DNA of 64,000 bases from an uncultured Nitrospinota bacterium (lineage in GTDB: Bacteria; Tectomicrobia; Entotheonellia; J063; CAVPRW01): the NCBI GenBank assembly GCA_963707985.1, contig CAVPRW010000030.1, forward strand, positions 32,001 to 96,000, written 5' to 3'. Positions 19,636 to 29,910 of this stretch are shown here, one piece after another. The position numbers and the translations under genes are program-made. The notes below the pieces were generated by a model. The model had not been told where the DNA came from, did not search any database, and saw only the letters and a list, made by a program, of their open reading frames with translations. Numbering within the stretch: the stretch's first letter is position 1; each line of letters starts with the position of its first letter.

Positions 19636-19717
19636 CTACGGCGTCCAGGCGGCGGCTGTCAGCGTCCGCTCGTGCCTCGCTCCCGCTGCCCGCCGCACCT
19701 GACGCCCAGCGTTAGCC
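19630..19717 (+). repeat. attC site
   Basis: GCCTAAC (complement of GTTAGGC 19123) ..GGCGTC(C)AGGCG / ACCTGACGCC..GTTAGCC. Confidence 0.9.
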
Positions 19718-19735
19718 CCCATCTGACATCGAGAG

Positions 19736-20170
19736 ATGACAATGCACTGCCAACTTGCTGAGACCGACACAGAAATTCTGGCCTGCTATCCGGTCATGGC
19801 AGAGTTACGCCCGCACCTTCCAGAGCAGGAGTTTGTTGCCCGTGTCAGGCGACAACAGCACGACGGCTACCGGCTTGTGTTCCTTGAGGAGGCGGGAGCA
19901 GTCCGGGCTGTAGCTGGCTTCCGTCTCTCCGAATCTCTGGCCTGGGGGAAGTATTGTTATGTGGATGACCTGGTCTCACGAGCAGCCGTGCGTTCTCGGC
20001 GCTATGGTCAGGAGCTGTTCAAGTGGCTGGTCGAATTTGCGCGGGACCACGGGTGCGAGGCGCTCCATCTTGATTCTGGGGTACAGAATTTCGCCGCTCA
20101 TCGTTTCTACGTGAGGAATCGAATGATTATCGCCAGCCACCATTTCAAGCTGCCGTTGGTGGAGGGCTAA
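19736..20170 (+). CDS. GNAT acetyltransferase, cassette
   Basis: YVDDLV...RSRRYG..L; LHLDSGVQNFAAHRFY. Stop lies within GGCTAAC. Confidence 0.9.
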   Translation: MTMHCQLAETDTEILACYPVMAELRPHLPEQEFVARVRRQQHDGYRLVFLEEAGAVRAVAGFRLSESLAWGKYCYVDDLVSRAAVRSRRYGQELFKWLVEFARDHGCEALHLDSGVQNFAAHRFYVRNRMIIASHHFKLPLVEG

Positions 20171-20229
20171 CCGGCCCCTGCAAGGGACGCTCACCGCGTT
20201 CGCCCCCCCTGAAAGGCATGGCGTTCGGC
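20165..20229 (+). repeat. Short attC site
   Basis: GGCTAAC (complement of GTTAGCC 19711) ...CCTGCAAGGG / CCCCTGAAAGG...GTTCGGC. Confidence 0.7.
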
Positions 20230-20329
20230 AGCAGCAAGCTGAGTGTATGTAACGATCGAGAGGTCGCACCCTGGCGTGAAGGTTCCGATCGCGCGTGGAT
20301 GATGGCGTGCGCGCTTCGGTTGTGATGGG

Positions 20330-20531
20330 ATGCTATCAACGTGAGGCGCCAGTTGCCGGGTGCTCGGTGGATAGGGCCGGTGACATCGCACTGAGGCACA
20401 CGGAGTGGACGGTGTCGGGGCCGCAGCCGATGAACGTGTATACGATCGAGGTCGCGCGTCGACAGCCGGATGGGACATGGTGCTGGCTCCTCGGCGACCC
20501 CTATACGGTCGGCAGGGAGGTTGGCTCCTGA
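20330..20531 (+). pseudogene. SnoaL/NTF2-like protein C-terminal remnant
   Basis: AGDIAL....W...EVARRQPDGTW.W..DP. Confidence 0.6.
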
Positions 20532-20569
20532 AACAGGGATGGGAGGGCAGAGACGCGCGTGGGGGCAGG

Positions 20570-20679
20570 TGAGCAGTCCTGCGCTGCAGCCGAAGCACCT
20601 GTTGCGCCTGAGCAGGCGCAACAGGTGCTTCGGCGTCGTCCATCGGGCTAGCGCCGGCTCGGTGAACCTTGTGTTAGCT
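20570..20679 (+). repeat. Degenerate attC-like site containing a perfect 22-bp hairpin (20589-20634)
   Basis: GCGCTGCAGCCGA...TCGGTGAACCTTGTGTTAGCT with internal GCCGAAGCACCTGTTGCGCCTG-AG-CAGGCGCAACAGGTGCTTCGGC. Confidence 0.5.
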
Positions 20680-20791
20680 GCATGTACGCGTGAGGATTTA
20701 GATGAAGGTGTTCCTAAGTTGGTCTGGGATTCTTAGCTAGGATGTGGCCGAGATACTCGGCAAATATCTTCCAGTCATGCTATAGGATGTG

Positions 20792-21717
20792 GGTAGTGTT
20801 CCAAAAATGTTGTTATCGATTCTATATCTGTAAGCCATATGCATATCGATTGATGAAGAGGCCAAGAACGAGATCATGCATCTGTATTGACTTAGAAAAA
20901 CAAATGGTCTTGCGAGCAAGACGTTTCATTCGTGTCCGAAGTGTGAGGTGTTTTCGTTCGATTGTTTGTGTATTCTTTTTACCTATTTCATGTTGTGCTT
21001 CGGCAATATGCCGTTGATATGCTCCCCAATCGTCTGTATAAAATCGTGTCATATGAAACGGGGCTAAAAGTGATTTGAGCTTCAAAAAGACCGAATCTTC
21101 ATGACTCCCAAGAACATCAGCTCATACAGTACCACGCGTATGGTCTATGGCATGCCACAACCAACGTTGCTGACCCTTACGCTCAACAAAGCTCCACATC
21201 TCATCCATTTCTGCTTCATTAACTTTCTCGATGACCACGTGAAATATATCAGGTTGTGCGTGGGATAAGACCGCATAATTTATTGATTGGATTTCTGGTT
21301 CTTTTTTTTAAGACCTCAATGACCGTTGTCGGGTTCACATGCAACACACGAGCAATATCACGAATACCACGACCATTCATCGTCATATCAACAATCTGTT
21401 GTTTCACATCTGGTAATCTCCCTTGATAGACATATTCTTGTAGAAATGTTCGTCGATTACAGAGAGCATTTCGACAATAAAAGCGTTGTTTTCCATCAGA
21501 GGTTTGACCGTGCTTTACCACATCAGTCTCGTGACAGCTCAGACCAGCGATAGGGGTCAGTACCATCAGAGGCTTTCCTCAGTATGACCAGAGGGGATCA
21601 CCATGAAAATGCCCTAGGTCACGGGAGTTTTTTGGCACGCCAGAGGCGCCATCATGAATGCTGCACGTGGAAAGTAGCACGATTCTCCAAGAGATTCAAC
21701 AAATCTAGAACACTACC
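20792..21717 (-). mobile_element. IS1-family element (insA/insB, insB frameshifted), AT-rich
   Basis: TIRs GGTAGTGTTC; InsA KHGQ..DGKQRFYC..C...GIRDIARVL; A8 slippage run at ~21302-21309; InsB EMDEMWSFV, YTDDWGAY, TQTIERKHLTLRTR.KRL.RKT. Confidence 0.9.
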
Positions 21718-22029
21718 CAGTCGTTTTGCATGGCTAGAAGCGCATATCCCCATGCACAAAGGCGTGTTGTCGAAATGACTCCGCAGTGGCTTTACCGACC
21801 GCGGCACCCCGCTGGACTATCAAACGCCGGCAGTCGTCTACCGGCAAGGCAAAGTCATGGCTATCGTGACCACCTGCAATTGACCGGATACTGGTCTTGA
21901 CATTGGGGAATACCTTAGGCATCGGTTTCATTTGGCCCTCGTCAAGATTCAAGCACTGCTGAGCGATATTGAAGAAATTCCCCCGAACCGTACATTGGAC
22001 CATTTCCCGAAAATAGAGCTGCGCGTTGC

Positions 22030-22218
22030 TTTCGAATCTCCCACATGCGAATGGACCACGGCGGTCATGGCGCGGTCATGATCCCAGCCACATTCCAACG
22101 CGGCATCGAGCGGCGGCACACCGTCGTCAAAGTGGGCCTCCACCACGGTTCCGCGAACCGCGACAACTCGTCCCGTCAGCCTGCGCTCAGCTGGATACAT
22201 GGCTTCTCCCTGCGTCAC
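22030..22218 (-). pseudogene. atpD: ATP synthase beta subunit N-terminal fragment
   Basis: GRVVAVRGTVVEAHF..GVPP...AL...VHSHVG; only ~60 aa. Confidence 0.55.
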
Positions 22219-22371
22219 GCCTTCTCAGGCCTGGTCGGGGCCGTGGGACATCCATAGCACCCCACCGGTGCTGTATGGTACAGCAGCGGTTCATGAGGTG
22301 GCCGTCGCGGTCCGACCCCTCAGTTGGAAATCCACTCAAGTCTAGCAGAGTTGCTCATCCGTCGAAAGCCC

Positions 22372-22560
22372 CTATCTGGGAGCGCGTGGAACCTCTACGC
22401 GCTTGAGACCCCAGATGTCGCAGGCATACTCCCCGACGGTGCGGTCGCTGGAAAAGTTCCCCATCGGGTCCATGTTCAGGATGGCCATGCGTGCCCAAGA
22501 CGTCGCGGGAGAAGTGGGGTTGAGCCAGCGCGCGTGATCGAACAGGGCGCGTAGCGCGAG
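22372..22560 (-). pseudogene. glgP: Glycogen/starch phosphorylase C-terminal fragment
   Basis: WARMAILN...[16 protein letters not shown] motif. Confidence 0.7.
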
Positions 22561-22911
22561 CAAGGCGTCAAGACGCACGCGAGGGGCCGGTGCGTCTTGA
22601 GGTAGACTCCACGGCGAGGGCGTCGAGCCTCCGCGAGGCCAGGGCGATCTGGACGCCATCACGGAGCTTGACGACGAGACGCTCCGAGGTCTGGCGCCGT
22701 ACCCAGTGGACCATCTCCCCCGCGGCACCGGCATCCGCACCATTCAGCCACGGCTCGGGCATCACGATCTGGCCACGATCGTGATCGACACCCACATCCT
22801 GCAGCGAAGCGGGCAAGGAGTTCCGAGCCCCCTGGATGACCTCGGTGTTTGACTTTCTCGCTTGGTCTACCTAACAGCTGGCATATCGGGCATATATGGG
22901 CACCCAATCGA

Positions 22912-24006
22912 TCAGGCCAACTCCAGGTGGCGGGCGATGTCGAGATTATAGCGATATTCGTGCGCTGGGGCTCTGGCGACGGAACCCATGATCGGAATCG
23001 CCGCTTCATGATGCGAGCCGTGCGAGCGGATGTTGACCTGCTGCTCCTCGCCTTCGATCTCTCCGAAGACAACCTCTGGCGCTCCCAGCACGAACAGATC
23101 ACCGATGCGGTCCGGCATCAGCCCAAACTGTCCTGCTGCTTCCTCACAACGGTACACCTGCTCGACTCCCGGTATCTCGTTCAACGCCCCTATGGCATCT
23201 CCGATACTGGCGGAGTCCTTGAGGTACAGATAGCCCACACCGCCCAGATTATCATGGTGCACGACGTATTTGTCCTTGATGACCGGCACGAACACGGTGT
23301 CAATTCCCGCCTTCGCCAGCTTAGTAGTGAGATTGATGGCCCGGTGTTTGGCTGACATCCCGTGGTCGGCCGTGATATAGATCTCCCGATCCGGTTGCTC
23401 GTCAGCGATGCGTCCGATGATCTGGTCCAGTCCTTGTAAATGGCGCTGGGCCATCTCATGCTCTGGGGGAAACTTGTGCATGATGTAATCGGTGGTGGAA
23501 ACGTAGACCAGATCGGGGTTTTGCTCGCGCATCACGACGCGAGCCGCCTCCAGCACCCATAAGTTGACCTCGAGTGAGTAGATGTCGCACTTGGGACCGA
23601 CCTTGGCAATCATTTCAGCCGGCGGGTCCTCGCCGACTACCGCGATGTCGGCTTGACGTTCCAAAAGCTTCTTCAGCTTTATCTTGGAAGTGAAGAGGGC
23701 GGTGCTCATGCCCAGGCGTTTGGCGCGCTGGAACAGAGTCTCTCGTTCCAGATATTCGGCTGATTCCATATACGTGCCGTCACCGGTCGCGGGGTTATAC
23801 CAGAAATTTCCGGTGATGCCGTGCTCACACGGGAAGCTGGCGGTCATGACCGAAGCATTGTTGACGTTGGTCACCGAGGGGAGCACACAACTTCCGGTGA
23901 CCCAGAAGCCGCTGGCCCCGATGCGACGAAAATTCGGGACCTCGGCCTGCGCAAAATATTGCGGATCCCCGCCATCGATAAGCATGATAAAGATTTTGCG
24001 TGGCAT
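22912..24006 (-). CDS. phnA: Phosphonoacetate hydrolase-like alkaline phosphatase/NPP superfamily enzyme
   Basis: IDG; PSVTNVNN.S..T; HGITGN; YVSTTDY.MHK; TADHGM; RSHG. Confidence 0.8.
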   Translation of the reverse strand: MPRKIFIMLIDGGDPQYFAQAEVPNFRRIGASGFWVTGSCVLPSVTNVNNASVMTASFPCEHGITGNFWYNPATGDGTYMESAEYLERETLFQRAKRLGMSTALFTSKIKLKKLLERQADIAVVGEDPPAEMIAKVGPKCDIYSLEVNLWVLEAARVVMREQNPDLVYVSTTDYIMHKFPPEHEMAQRHLQGLDQIIGRIADEQPDREIYITADHGMSAKHRAINLTTKLAKAGIDTVFVPVIKDKYVVHHDNLGGVGYLYLKDSASIGDAIGALNEIPGVEQVYRCEEAAGQFGLMPDRIGDLFVLGAPEVVFGEIEGEEQQVNIRSHGSHHEAAIPIMGSVARAPAHEYRYNLDIARHLELA

Positions 24007-24010
24007 CGTG

Positions 24011-24835
24011 TCAGGATCTCCAGAGTCTTTCGATGTCTTCACGACTGCGTAGGACGGCGCCGTGTGGATCGGTCGGGCTACGCGTCTCCAGCGCGATCAC
24101 GTCACGGAAATATCGCAGGAATGGCGAAAATTCGGCAAAGGGGATGGCACCCTTGCCAACCTCGAGATGTTCGTCCTTCTCCCCATGGTTGTCATGGAGA
24201 TGAATATGTTGTAAGCGTGGTCCAAACGCTTGAATGCAGGCGTGAATGCCGCCGTTGACGTGGGCATGTCCGGTATCTAGAGCGCACACGACGGCGGGAT
24301 GGCCAATCGTGTCGACGAGGCGCAGGTGATCGGCAAACGAGGTAATGACTTCGGTGGGACGCAATTGTACGTTTTCAACGCAGATGCGGACCCCGCAAGC
24401 ACCGGCGACAGGGGCACATCGACGCAAGGAATCGACGGCAAAGGCGAAGGCTTCCTGGCGCAGGGCCTGATCCGGAGGACTAGGATGGTTTGCGGGGGGG
24501 ACCATCTCCCCCACGTGTGCGACCACGACATCGCCCCCCAACTCGGCTGCAAAGCGCACGGTGTCTTGCAACTCCTCGACGAACCTCTGACGCAGCGCGG
24601 CGTCGTGCGCCCCAAAACTGATGCCGCGGTGTCGGGCATGAATCGACAGACGCATGCCGTGCTGTTTGATGCTGGCGCGCAAGCGCTCGGTTTCGTCCGC
24701 ACGCAGGCGCTCAGGCCAGAAATGGTAGCTACTGAGCTCGATTCCTTGAAATCCGTGACGTATGGCAAACTCGAGCACTTCACCGGCATCCGCCTCGGGT
24801 CCAAAACAAATCGTCGAAACAGCAAAGTTAGGCAT
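24011..24835 (-). CDS. Sugar phosphate isomerase/epimerase (AP_endonuc_2 TIM barrel)
   Basis: GFQGIE; VENV; LDTGHA; HIHLHDN.G.KDEHL.VG.G.I.F; ALE. Confidence 0.9.
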   Translation of the reverse strand: MPNFAVSTICFGPEADAGEVLEFAIRHGFQGIELSSYHFWPERLRADETERLRASIKQHGMRLSIHARHRGISFGAHDAALRQRFVEELQDTVRFAAELGGDVVVAHVGEMVPPANHPSPPDQALRQEAFAFAVDSLRRCAPVAGACGVRICVENVQLRPTEVITSFADHLRLVDTIGHPAVVCALDTGHAHVNGGIHACIQAFGPRLQHIHLHDNHGEKDEHLEVGKGAIPFAEFSPFLRYFRDVIALETRSPTDPHGAVLRSREDIERLWRS

Positions 24836-25052
24836 CGGGTTGCTCCTTTCTCCGGTCTATTATCGACCCACGACTGGGATTGTCAACGGGAAACTCATGG
24901 CCATAGCAGCGCAAAGGTCATGAGGAATGAGTAGCATGGTCACCAGAAGCCAAGGGCGCTGAGGTATGGTATGATGGTGACTGCCTTGAAGCGAAGCCGA
25001 GGACAGTTGCCCAGGGCTAGCAATGTACACCTGTCAATCGAGGGCTGACATC

Positions 25053-26243
25053 ATGGATGAACATATCCAGGCCATCCAAGCGGCATTACAGCTGGCAGGA
25101 ATCGATGGCTGGCTGTTTGCCGATTTTCGTGGGAGCGATCCTCTGGCCTATCGCGTTCTCAAGCTGAGTAATGCGGGCATGTTATCGCGACGCTGGTACT
25201 ATTACCTGCCGGCGACAGGCGACCCGTGGAAGCTGGTGCATCGCATCGAATCCCATAGCCTCGACATACTCCCCGGCCGTCTCGTGCAGTACGCCTCCTG
25301 GCAGGAGCTGCATGCACAGCTCAAGAGCATGCTGGGCGACAGTCGTCGTATCGCTATGCAATATTCTCCACAAAATGCCATTCCCTACGTCTCCCGTGTC
25401 GACGCCGGCACCATCGAGCTGGTCCGCAGTTTTGGCATCGAACTGGTCGGCTCGGCCGACCTGGTGCAACGCTTCGAAGCAGTCTGGACTCCTGAGCAGT
25501 GGGAGTCACATCAGTACGCCGCGCGTTCCCTGCGCACCATTATCGACGAAGCCTTCAGGTACATCCGCGAGACGGTGACGAATGGCGGCGAGATCGGCGA
25601 GCACACGGTCCAGCAATTCATCCTCGGGCGTTTTGAGCATTATGGCATGCGCTCTGACAAGGCTCCCATCGTGGCGGTGAATGCCCACAGCGCTGATCCG
25701 CACTTTCAACCGACTCCCACCTCGGGCCTGATGCGCCGCGGCGATTTTGTCCTTCTCGACATCTGGTCCAAGCGCAAGGAGCCACGCAGCGTCTATGCCG
25801 ATATCACCTGGACGGGGTACATCGGGGACACGGTTCCTGATGCCTACCGCAACATTTTTCGCGTGGTGCAACATGGCCGAGACGCCGCAATCGATTTTGT
25901 CCAGGATGCCATCCATGCAGGCCGGGCCATCTGCGGCTGGGAAGTCGATGAAGTCGCCCGTGAAACCATTCGCAAGGCCGGCTATGGTGAGTATTTCATC
26001 CACCGTACGGGCCATTCGATCGGCGAGGAGGTGCACGGCAACGGCGCCAACATCGACAACTTTGAGTCGCGGGATGAACGACACCTGCTACCGCACACGT
26101 GCTTTTCGATCGAGCCCGGGGTCTATTTGCCGGGACAATTCGGTGTGCGCAGTGAAGTCGACATGTACATCGGTGACCAGGCGGCGTTTGTCACCGGCCA
26201 GCCGATTCAGCTCGGGGTGGTACCACTCTTGAAGGCCATCTAA
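25053..26243 (+). CDS. M24 family Xaa-Pro aminopeptidase
   Basis: ADPH, LLDIW, YADITW, HRTGHSIG..VH, FSIEPGVY, GVRSE. Confidence 0.92.
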   Translation: MDEHIQAIQAALQLAGIDGWLFADFRGSDPLAYRVLKLSNAGMLSRRWYYYLPATGDPWKLVHRIESHSLDILPGRLVQYASWQELHAQLKSMLGDSRRIAMQYSPQNAIPYVSRVDAGTIELVRSFGIELVGSADLVQRFEAVWTPEQWESHQYAARSLRTIIDEAFRYIRETVTNGGEIGEHTVQQFILGRFEHYGMRSDKAPIVAVNAHSADPHFQPTPTSGLMRRGDFVLLDIWSKRKEPRSVYADITWTGYIGDTVPDAYRNIFRVVQHGRDAAIDFVQDAIHAGRAICGWEVDEVARETIRKAGYGEYFIHRTGHSIGEEVHGNGANIDNFESRDERHLLPHTCFSIEPGVYLPGQFGVRSEVDMYIGDQAAFVTGQPIQLGVVPLLKAI

Positions 26244-26304
26244 ACAGCCTCTGAGCATTCACCCCCAGTCGGTGCAGGCGGCAACATTCAAGAGTGCTGA
26301 GGCC

Positions 26305-26886
26305 GTGAAATTGGCACGGGACTTTTACGAACAACGGACGGTGCACGCAGCGCAAGGGCTTCTGGGCAAGCATCTGGTACGGGTCCACCCTGATGGCATC
26401 ACGACGGGGATAATCCTCGAAACGGAGGCCTATGTCGGTCTTGAAGACCGGGCTTCGCATGCGTCGCGTGGGCGGACGCCGCGGACGACGGTGATGTTCG
26501 GCCCCGCAGGGTTTGCCTATGTGTACGTCATCTATGGCCTGCACCACTGCCTCAACGCCGTCACTGAGCCTGAAGGATACCCGGCTGCCGTGCTGATTCG
26601 TGCCGTGCAACCCCGTGAGGGGCTCGAGCTGATGCGGGCGCGACGCCGGAAGCAGGAGATACCATTGCTGGCTAGTGGCCCCGGTCGGCTCTGCCAGGCT
26701 TTTGGTATAGAGCGTGGCTTAAGCGGCGTCGATCTGTGCGGCGACACGCTGTTTATTGAAGACCATCACGTTAGCCCAGCTGATATTGTCGCCACAACTC
26801 GCATCGGCGTGGACTATGCTGGGCCCTGGAAAGATATGCCCTGGCGGTTCTATATTGCCGGCCATCCAGGCGTGTCGAAGCGTTAA
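26305..26886 (+). CDS. DNA-3-methyladenine glycosylase (MPG/AAG family)
   Basis: ETEAY.G.ED.ASH; MFGPAG.AYVY.IYG.H.CLN; AVLIRA; GPGRLC; RIGV; PWRF. Confidence 0.95.
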   Translation: MKLARDFYEQRTVHAAQGLLGKHLVRVHPDGITTGIILETEAYVGLEDRASHASRGRTPRTTVMFGPAGFAYVYVIYGLHHCLNAVTEPEGYPAAVLIRAVQPREGLELMRARRRKQEIPLLASGPGRLCQAFGIERGLSGVDLCGDTLFIEDHHVSPADIVATTRIGVDYAGPWKDMPWRFYIAGHPGVSKR

Positions 26887-27057
26887 CCTCCCCCCGCCTT
26901 GTTTTTCCGTCAAAATACGTTACAGTATTTCGGTCAGCGACACAGGGTGCCAAGGAGTTGGTGTCCATTGACCAATGACCAATGAGGTTCTTGGGTGTGT
27001 CCATCGTCGATGAGTGCCGGGCCGATCGACGCGCGCCAGGTCAAGAAGGAGCTGCAG

Positions 27058-28071
27058 ATGTTTCTAAGTAGGGGAGTGCGTGACGAGCACGGCCAGTCAC
27101 GCCGGCGAGACCTGATAATCTTGCTCATGTTGGCATTGTTGATCCTCATGGCCTGGGGGGTACGATCTCAACCGGCAGGGGGCAGCAGTGCTGATGTCGC
27201 CGCAAAGGTGAATGGGGTGTCCATCACCACCCTAGAGCTGAACCGATCCTTCCAGGCTCATGTGCAAGTTCCTTACTCCACGGTTCAGGAGGATCCACGC
27301 GCGAAGGAAGTTCTGCGCCAGATCCTTGACAATCTCATCGATCGCGAATTACTCCTCCAACGGGCCAAATCGCTCAAGATGACCGTGCCCGTACAACAAG
27401 TCGATACTCAGATGCAACAGTTGCAGAAACGTTTTCCGTCTCAAGAGGCCTTCGAACAAGCTGTAACGGCGCAAAATCTCACCATGGACGCGGTGAAGAA
27501 GGATGTCGAACGCCAACTGCTCCGGCAACAGTTGGTGCAGAAAGAAATCCTTGATAAGATCAATGTTAGCGCTGGCGATGTCCAAACCTTCTATGACAAG
27601 AATAAGGATAAATACGTAGAAGAGGAGCAGGTCCGGGCCCGCCACATTCTGATCAGAGTCCCACCTGACGCGAGCCCGGAAGATGACGCCAAATTCAAAG
27701 GAAAGGCCGATGGCGCCTTGAAGCGGGCACAGCAAGGGGAAGATTTCACGGCACTGGCTAAGGAGTTATCCGACGACGGTTCGAAGGAAAACGGTGGGGA
27801 CCTTGGCTTCTTTCCACGTGGCCGCATGGTGCCAGCCTTCGAAGAGGTGGCCTTTACCCTCCAGCCGGGTCAGACGAGTGAGGTCGTGCGGACGACATTT
27901 GGCTATCATATTATCAAGGTCGAGGAGCGCAAGTCTAGCCGAGCGCTTGCCTTCGACGAGGCCAAGTCGCAGGTGAAGGATGACCTTACACAGCAGCAGA
28001 CCTTGGAACGCTATCAACAATACATGGCGGGATTGCGCGGCAAGGCAAAGGTTGAAGTCTTGTTACAGTAG
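27058..28071 (+). CDS. PpiC-type peptidyl-prolyl isomerase (SurA/PrsA-like)
   Basis: Signal/TM; VRARHILI; DF..LAKELS.D; GGDLGFF..G.MVP.FE..AF; FGYHIIKV. Confidence 0.93.
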   Translation: MFLSRGVRDEHGQSRRRDLIILLMLALLILMAWGVRSQPAGGSSADVAAKVNGVSITTLELNRSFQAHVQVPYSTVQEDPRAKEVLRQILDNLIDRELLLQRAKSLKMTVPVQQVDTQMQQLQKRFPSQEAFEQAVTAQNLTMDAVKKDVERQLLRQQLVQKEILDKINVSAGDVQTFYDKNKDKYVEEEQVRARHILIRVPPDASPEDDAKFKGKADGALKRAQQGEDFTALAKELSDDGSKENGGDLGFFPRGRMVPAFEEVAFTLQPGQTSEVVRTTFGYHIIKVEERKSSRALAFDEAKSQVKDDLTQQQTLERYQQYMAGLRGKAKVEVLLQ

Positions 28072-28093
28072 GGCAGGCCGTGGGGGTAGGCGA

Positions 28094-28831
28094 TCAATTG
28101 AGCATGCTGATCAGATTGCGTAGGGCAGCACGATCTTTCGTCTCCTGTTCCAGATCTGGTTGGATGATGAGGAGACGCTCAATCACTGAGAGAGCTTTCA
28201 AGTGGTCCTTGGTATGGATATAGATGGCCTTCAGGTTCATCAACACCCGTGCCAGGATCTGCGGCTTGGTGACTGGTGCGAGAAACGACTCTTGGAACGC
28301 TACCGGCTCTCCATAAAGCTGTTGGATCAACTCTTCACAGGCTTGACGCGACAGAATACGCCCCCTGTTGAAGGGATCGATGTAGATGTCGCTCCCAGGC
28401 TCCGCATACTTCATGATAAAGTGGCCCGGCATGCCGATCCCTTGCAGCGGCATGCCAACGCGCCGTCCTACCTCCATATAGATGATCGACAGCGTGATGG
28501 GTATCCCCAGTCTGCGGTCGATGACGTCATTGAGAAAGCTGTTCCGCACGTCGTAGTACTCCTCGGCGTTCCCACGGAATCCCCGCTTTTCGAATAAGTA
28601 GGCATTGAGGTATTCGATTTTCAGGGTAGGGTCATCTGTCGTCGTCACGGCGGGGCGGACCGCGGCTGCCATAACCTCCAGTTTCGCTATATAGCGCAGG
28701 CTATCAAGACCTGGGTATTCTTCGCTGGCGATCAGCAGAGCCGCACGGGCAAGGTCAAGGCGGTGTTCGGAACCGCTCAAGGTCTCAGTGAACTGTTGGC
28801 GGATTTGCGCTTGATAGGCCAGATAATCCAT
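28094..28831 (-). CDS. SirB1/YchA family (transglutaminase-like + TPR)
   Basis: GFRGN...YY...NSFLN.V..RR.GIPITLS; G.GMPGHF; IDPFN.G; RVLMNLK. Confidence 0.92.
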   Translation of the reverse strand: MDYLAYQAQIRQQFTETLSGSEHRLDLARAALLIASEEYPGLDSLRYIAKLEVMAAAVRPAVTTTDDPTLKIEYLNAYLFEKRGFRGNAEEYYDVRNSFLNDVIDRRLGIPITLSIIYMEVGRRVGMPLQGIGMPGHFIMKYAEPGSDIYIDPFNRGRILSRQACEELIQQLYGEPVAFQESFLAPVTKPQILARVLMNLKAIYIHTKDHLKALSVIERLLIIQPDLEQETKDRAALRNLISMLN

Positions 28832-29115
28832 GCCTCAACCCCGCTTACTGATGCACTCACGTCAAGCCGTGGGACAGGGTGGGTACGATGGCGCAGATAA
28901 TGTTGAGCTAGGCCACCAGCCTACACCAATGGCGTGTTCTTGTAAACGTTAAATATATGGGGAGGGGCGGGTGTTCCCGAGCCGAAGGTGCCGACGACTC
29001 CGCAAGCGGTCAATCCCCTGATTTCCATTGACACTACGATCATCAGTATGGTAGACAGAGGCACTTTTGGGGCTCGTGTTGAAACTCTCACGTCCAAGGC
29101 TGGAGGCACGTCGTC

Positions 29116-29892
29116 ATGGAGTTGCTGCGGCTAGATGACCTGCACCTGAGCTTTGGGGGTGTAACGGCCATCACGGGTGTCAGCCTTGAGGTACACAGCG
29201 GGGATTTTTTCGCCATCATTGGCCCCAACGGTGCCGGCAAGACAAGTGTCTTCAACTGCATCAGTGGCATCTACACTCCTACCAAAGGTCGCATCTTTTT
29301 TGACGGGCGAGACATCACCTCCCTGAAGCCACACCGGCGTGCCCGACTGGGCATCGCGCGTACGTTCCAGAATATCGCACTCTTCAAGGGCATGACTGTC
29401 TTGGATAATGTCAAAATCGGGCGTCATGTGCACCTGCGCGCCGGGGCGCTTGCCTGTGGTTTATACTATGGCAAAGCGGCGCGCGAAGAGTTTACACACC
29501 GGGAGGTCATCGAGCGCGAGATTATCGATCTCTTGGAGCTCCAAGACATTCGTCATCAGATCGTCGGTACCTTGCCTTACGGCCTCCAGAAACGGGTGGA
29601 GTTGGCGCGGGCGCTGGCCTTAGACCCCACGCTTTTACTGCTGGATGAGCCGACGGCAGGCATGAATGCCGAGGAAACCGAGGACATGGTGCGTTTGATC
29701 TTGTATATCAAGCGTGTCCGCAAGCTTACGGCGGTGATGATCGAACACGACATGGGTGTGGTGATGGATATCTCAGACCGCGTCGCGGTCCTCGACTTCG
29801 GCGAAAAGATCGCCGAAGGGCGGCCCGTTGAGGTACAGCAGAACCCATTGGTGATCAACGCCTATCTAGGCGAGGAATTCGAGGTGGCGTAA
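29116..29892 (+). CDS. livG: LIV-type ABC ATP-binding protein
   Basis: GPNGAGKT; GIARTFQN; LPYG.QKRVELARAL; LLLDEP.AG; IEHDM. Confidence 0.93.
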   Translation: MELLRLDDLHLSFGGVTAITGVSLEVHSGDFFAIIGPNGAGKTSVFNCISGIYTPTKGRIFFDGRDITSLKPHRRARLGIARTFQNIALFKGMTVLDNVKIGRHVHLRAGALACGLYYGKAAREEFTHREVIEREIIDLLELQDIRHQIVGTLPYGLQKRVELARALALDPTLLLLDEPTAGMNAEETEDMVRLILYIKRVRKLTAVMIEHDMGVVMDISDRVAVLDFGEKIAEGRPVEVQQNPLVINAYLGEEFEVA

Positions 29893-29910
29893 ACAGGGAA
29901 GGGAACCGGC

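Noticed and set aside
9581..20229. Recurrent palindromes as a CRISPR array
   Set aside because: Repeats are non-identical, gene-spaced and have attC R/L structure. No CRISPR array or cas gene was seen in the window.
22700..22830. [24 protein letters not shown] peptide, reminiscent of spurious ORFs near mobile elements
   Set aside because: Too short and degenerate to assign a strand or function.
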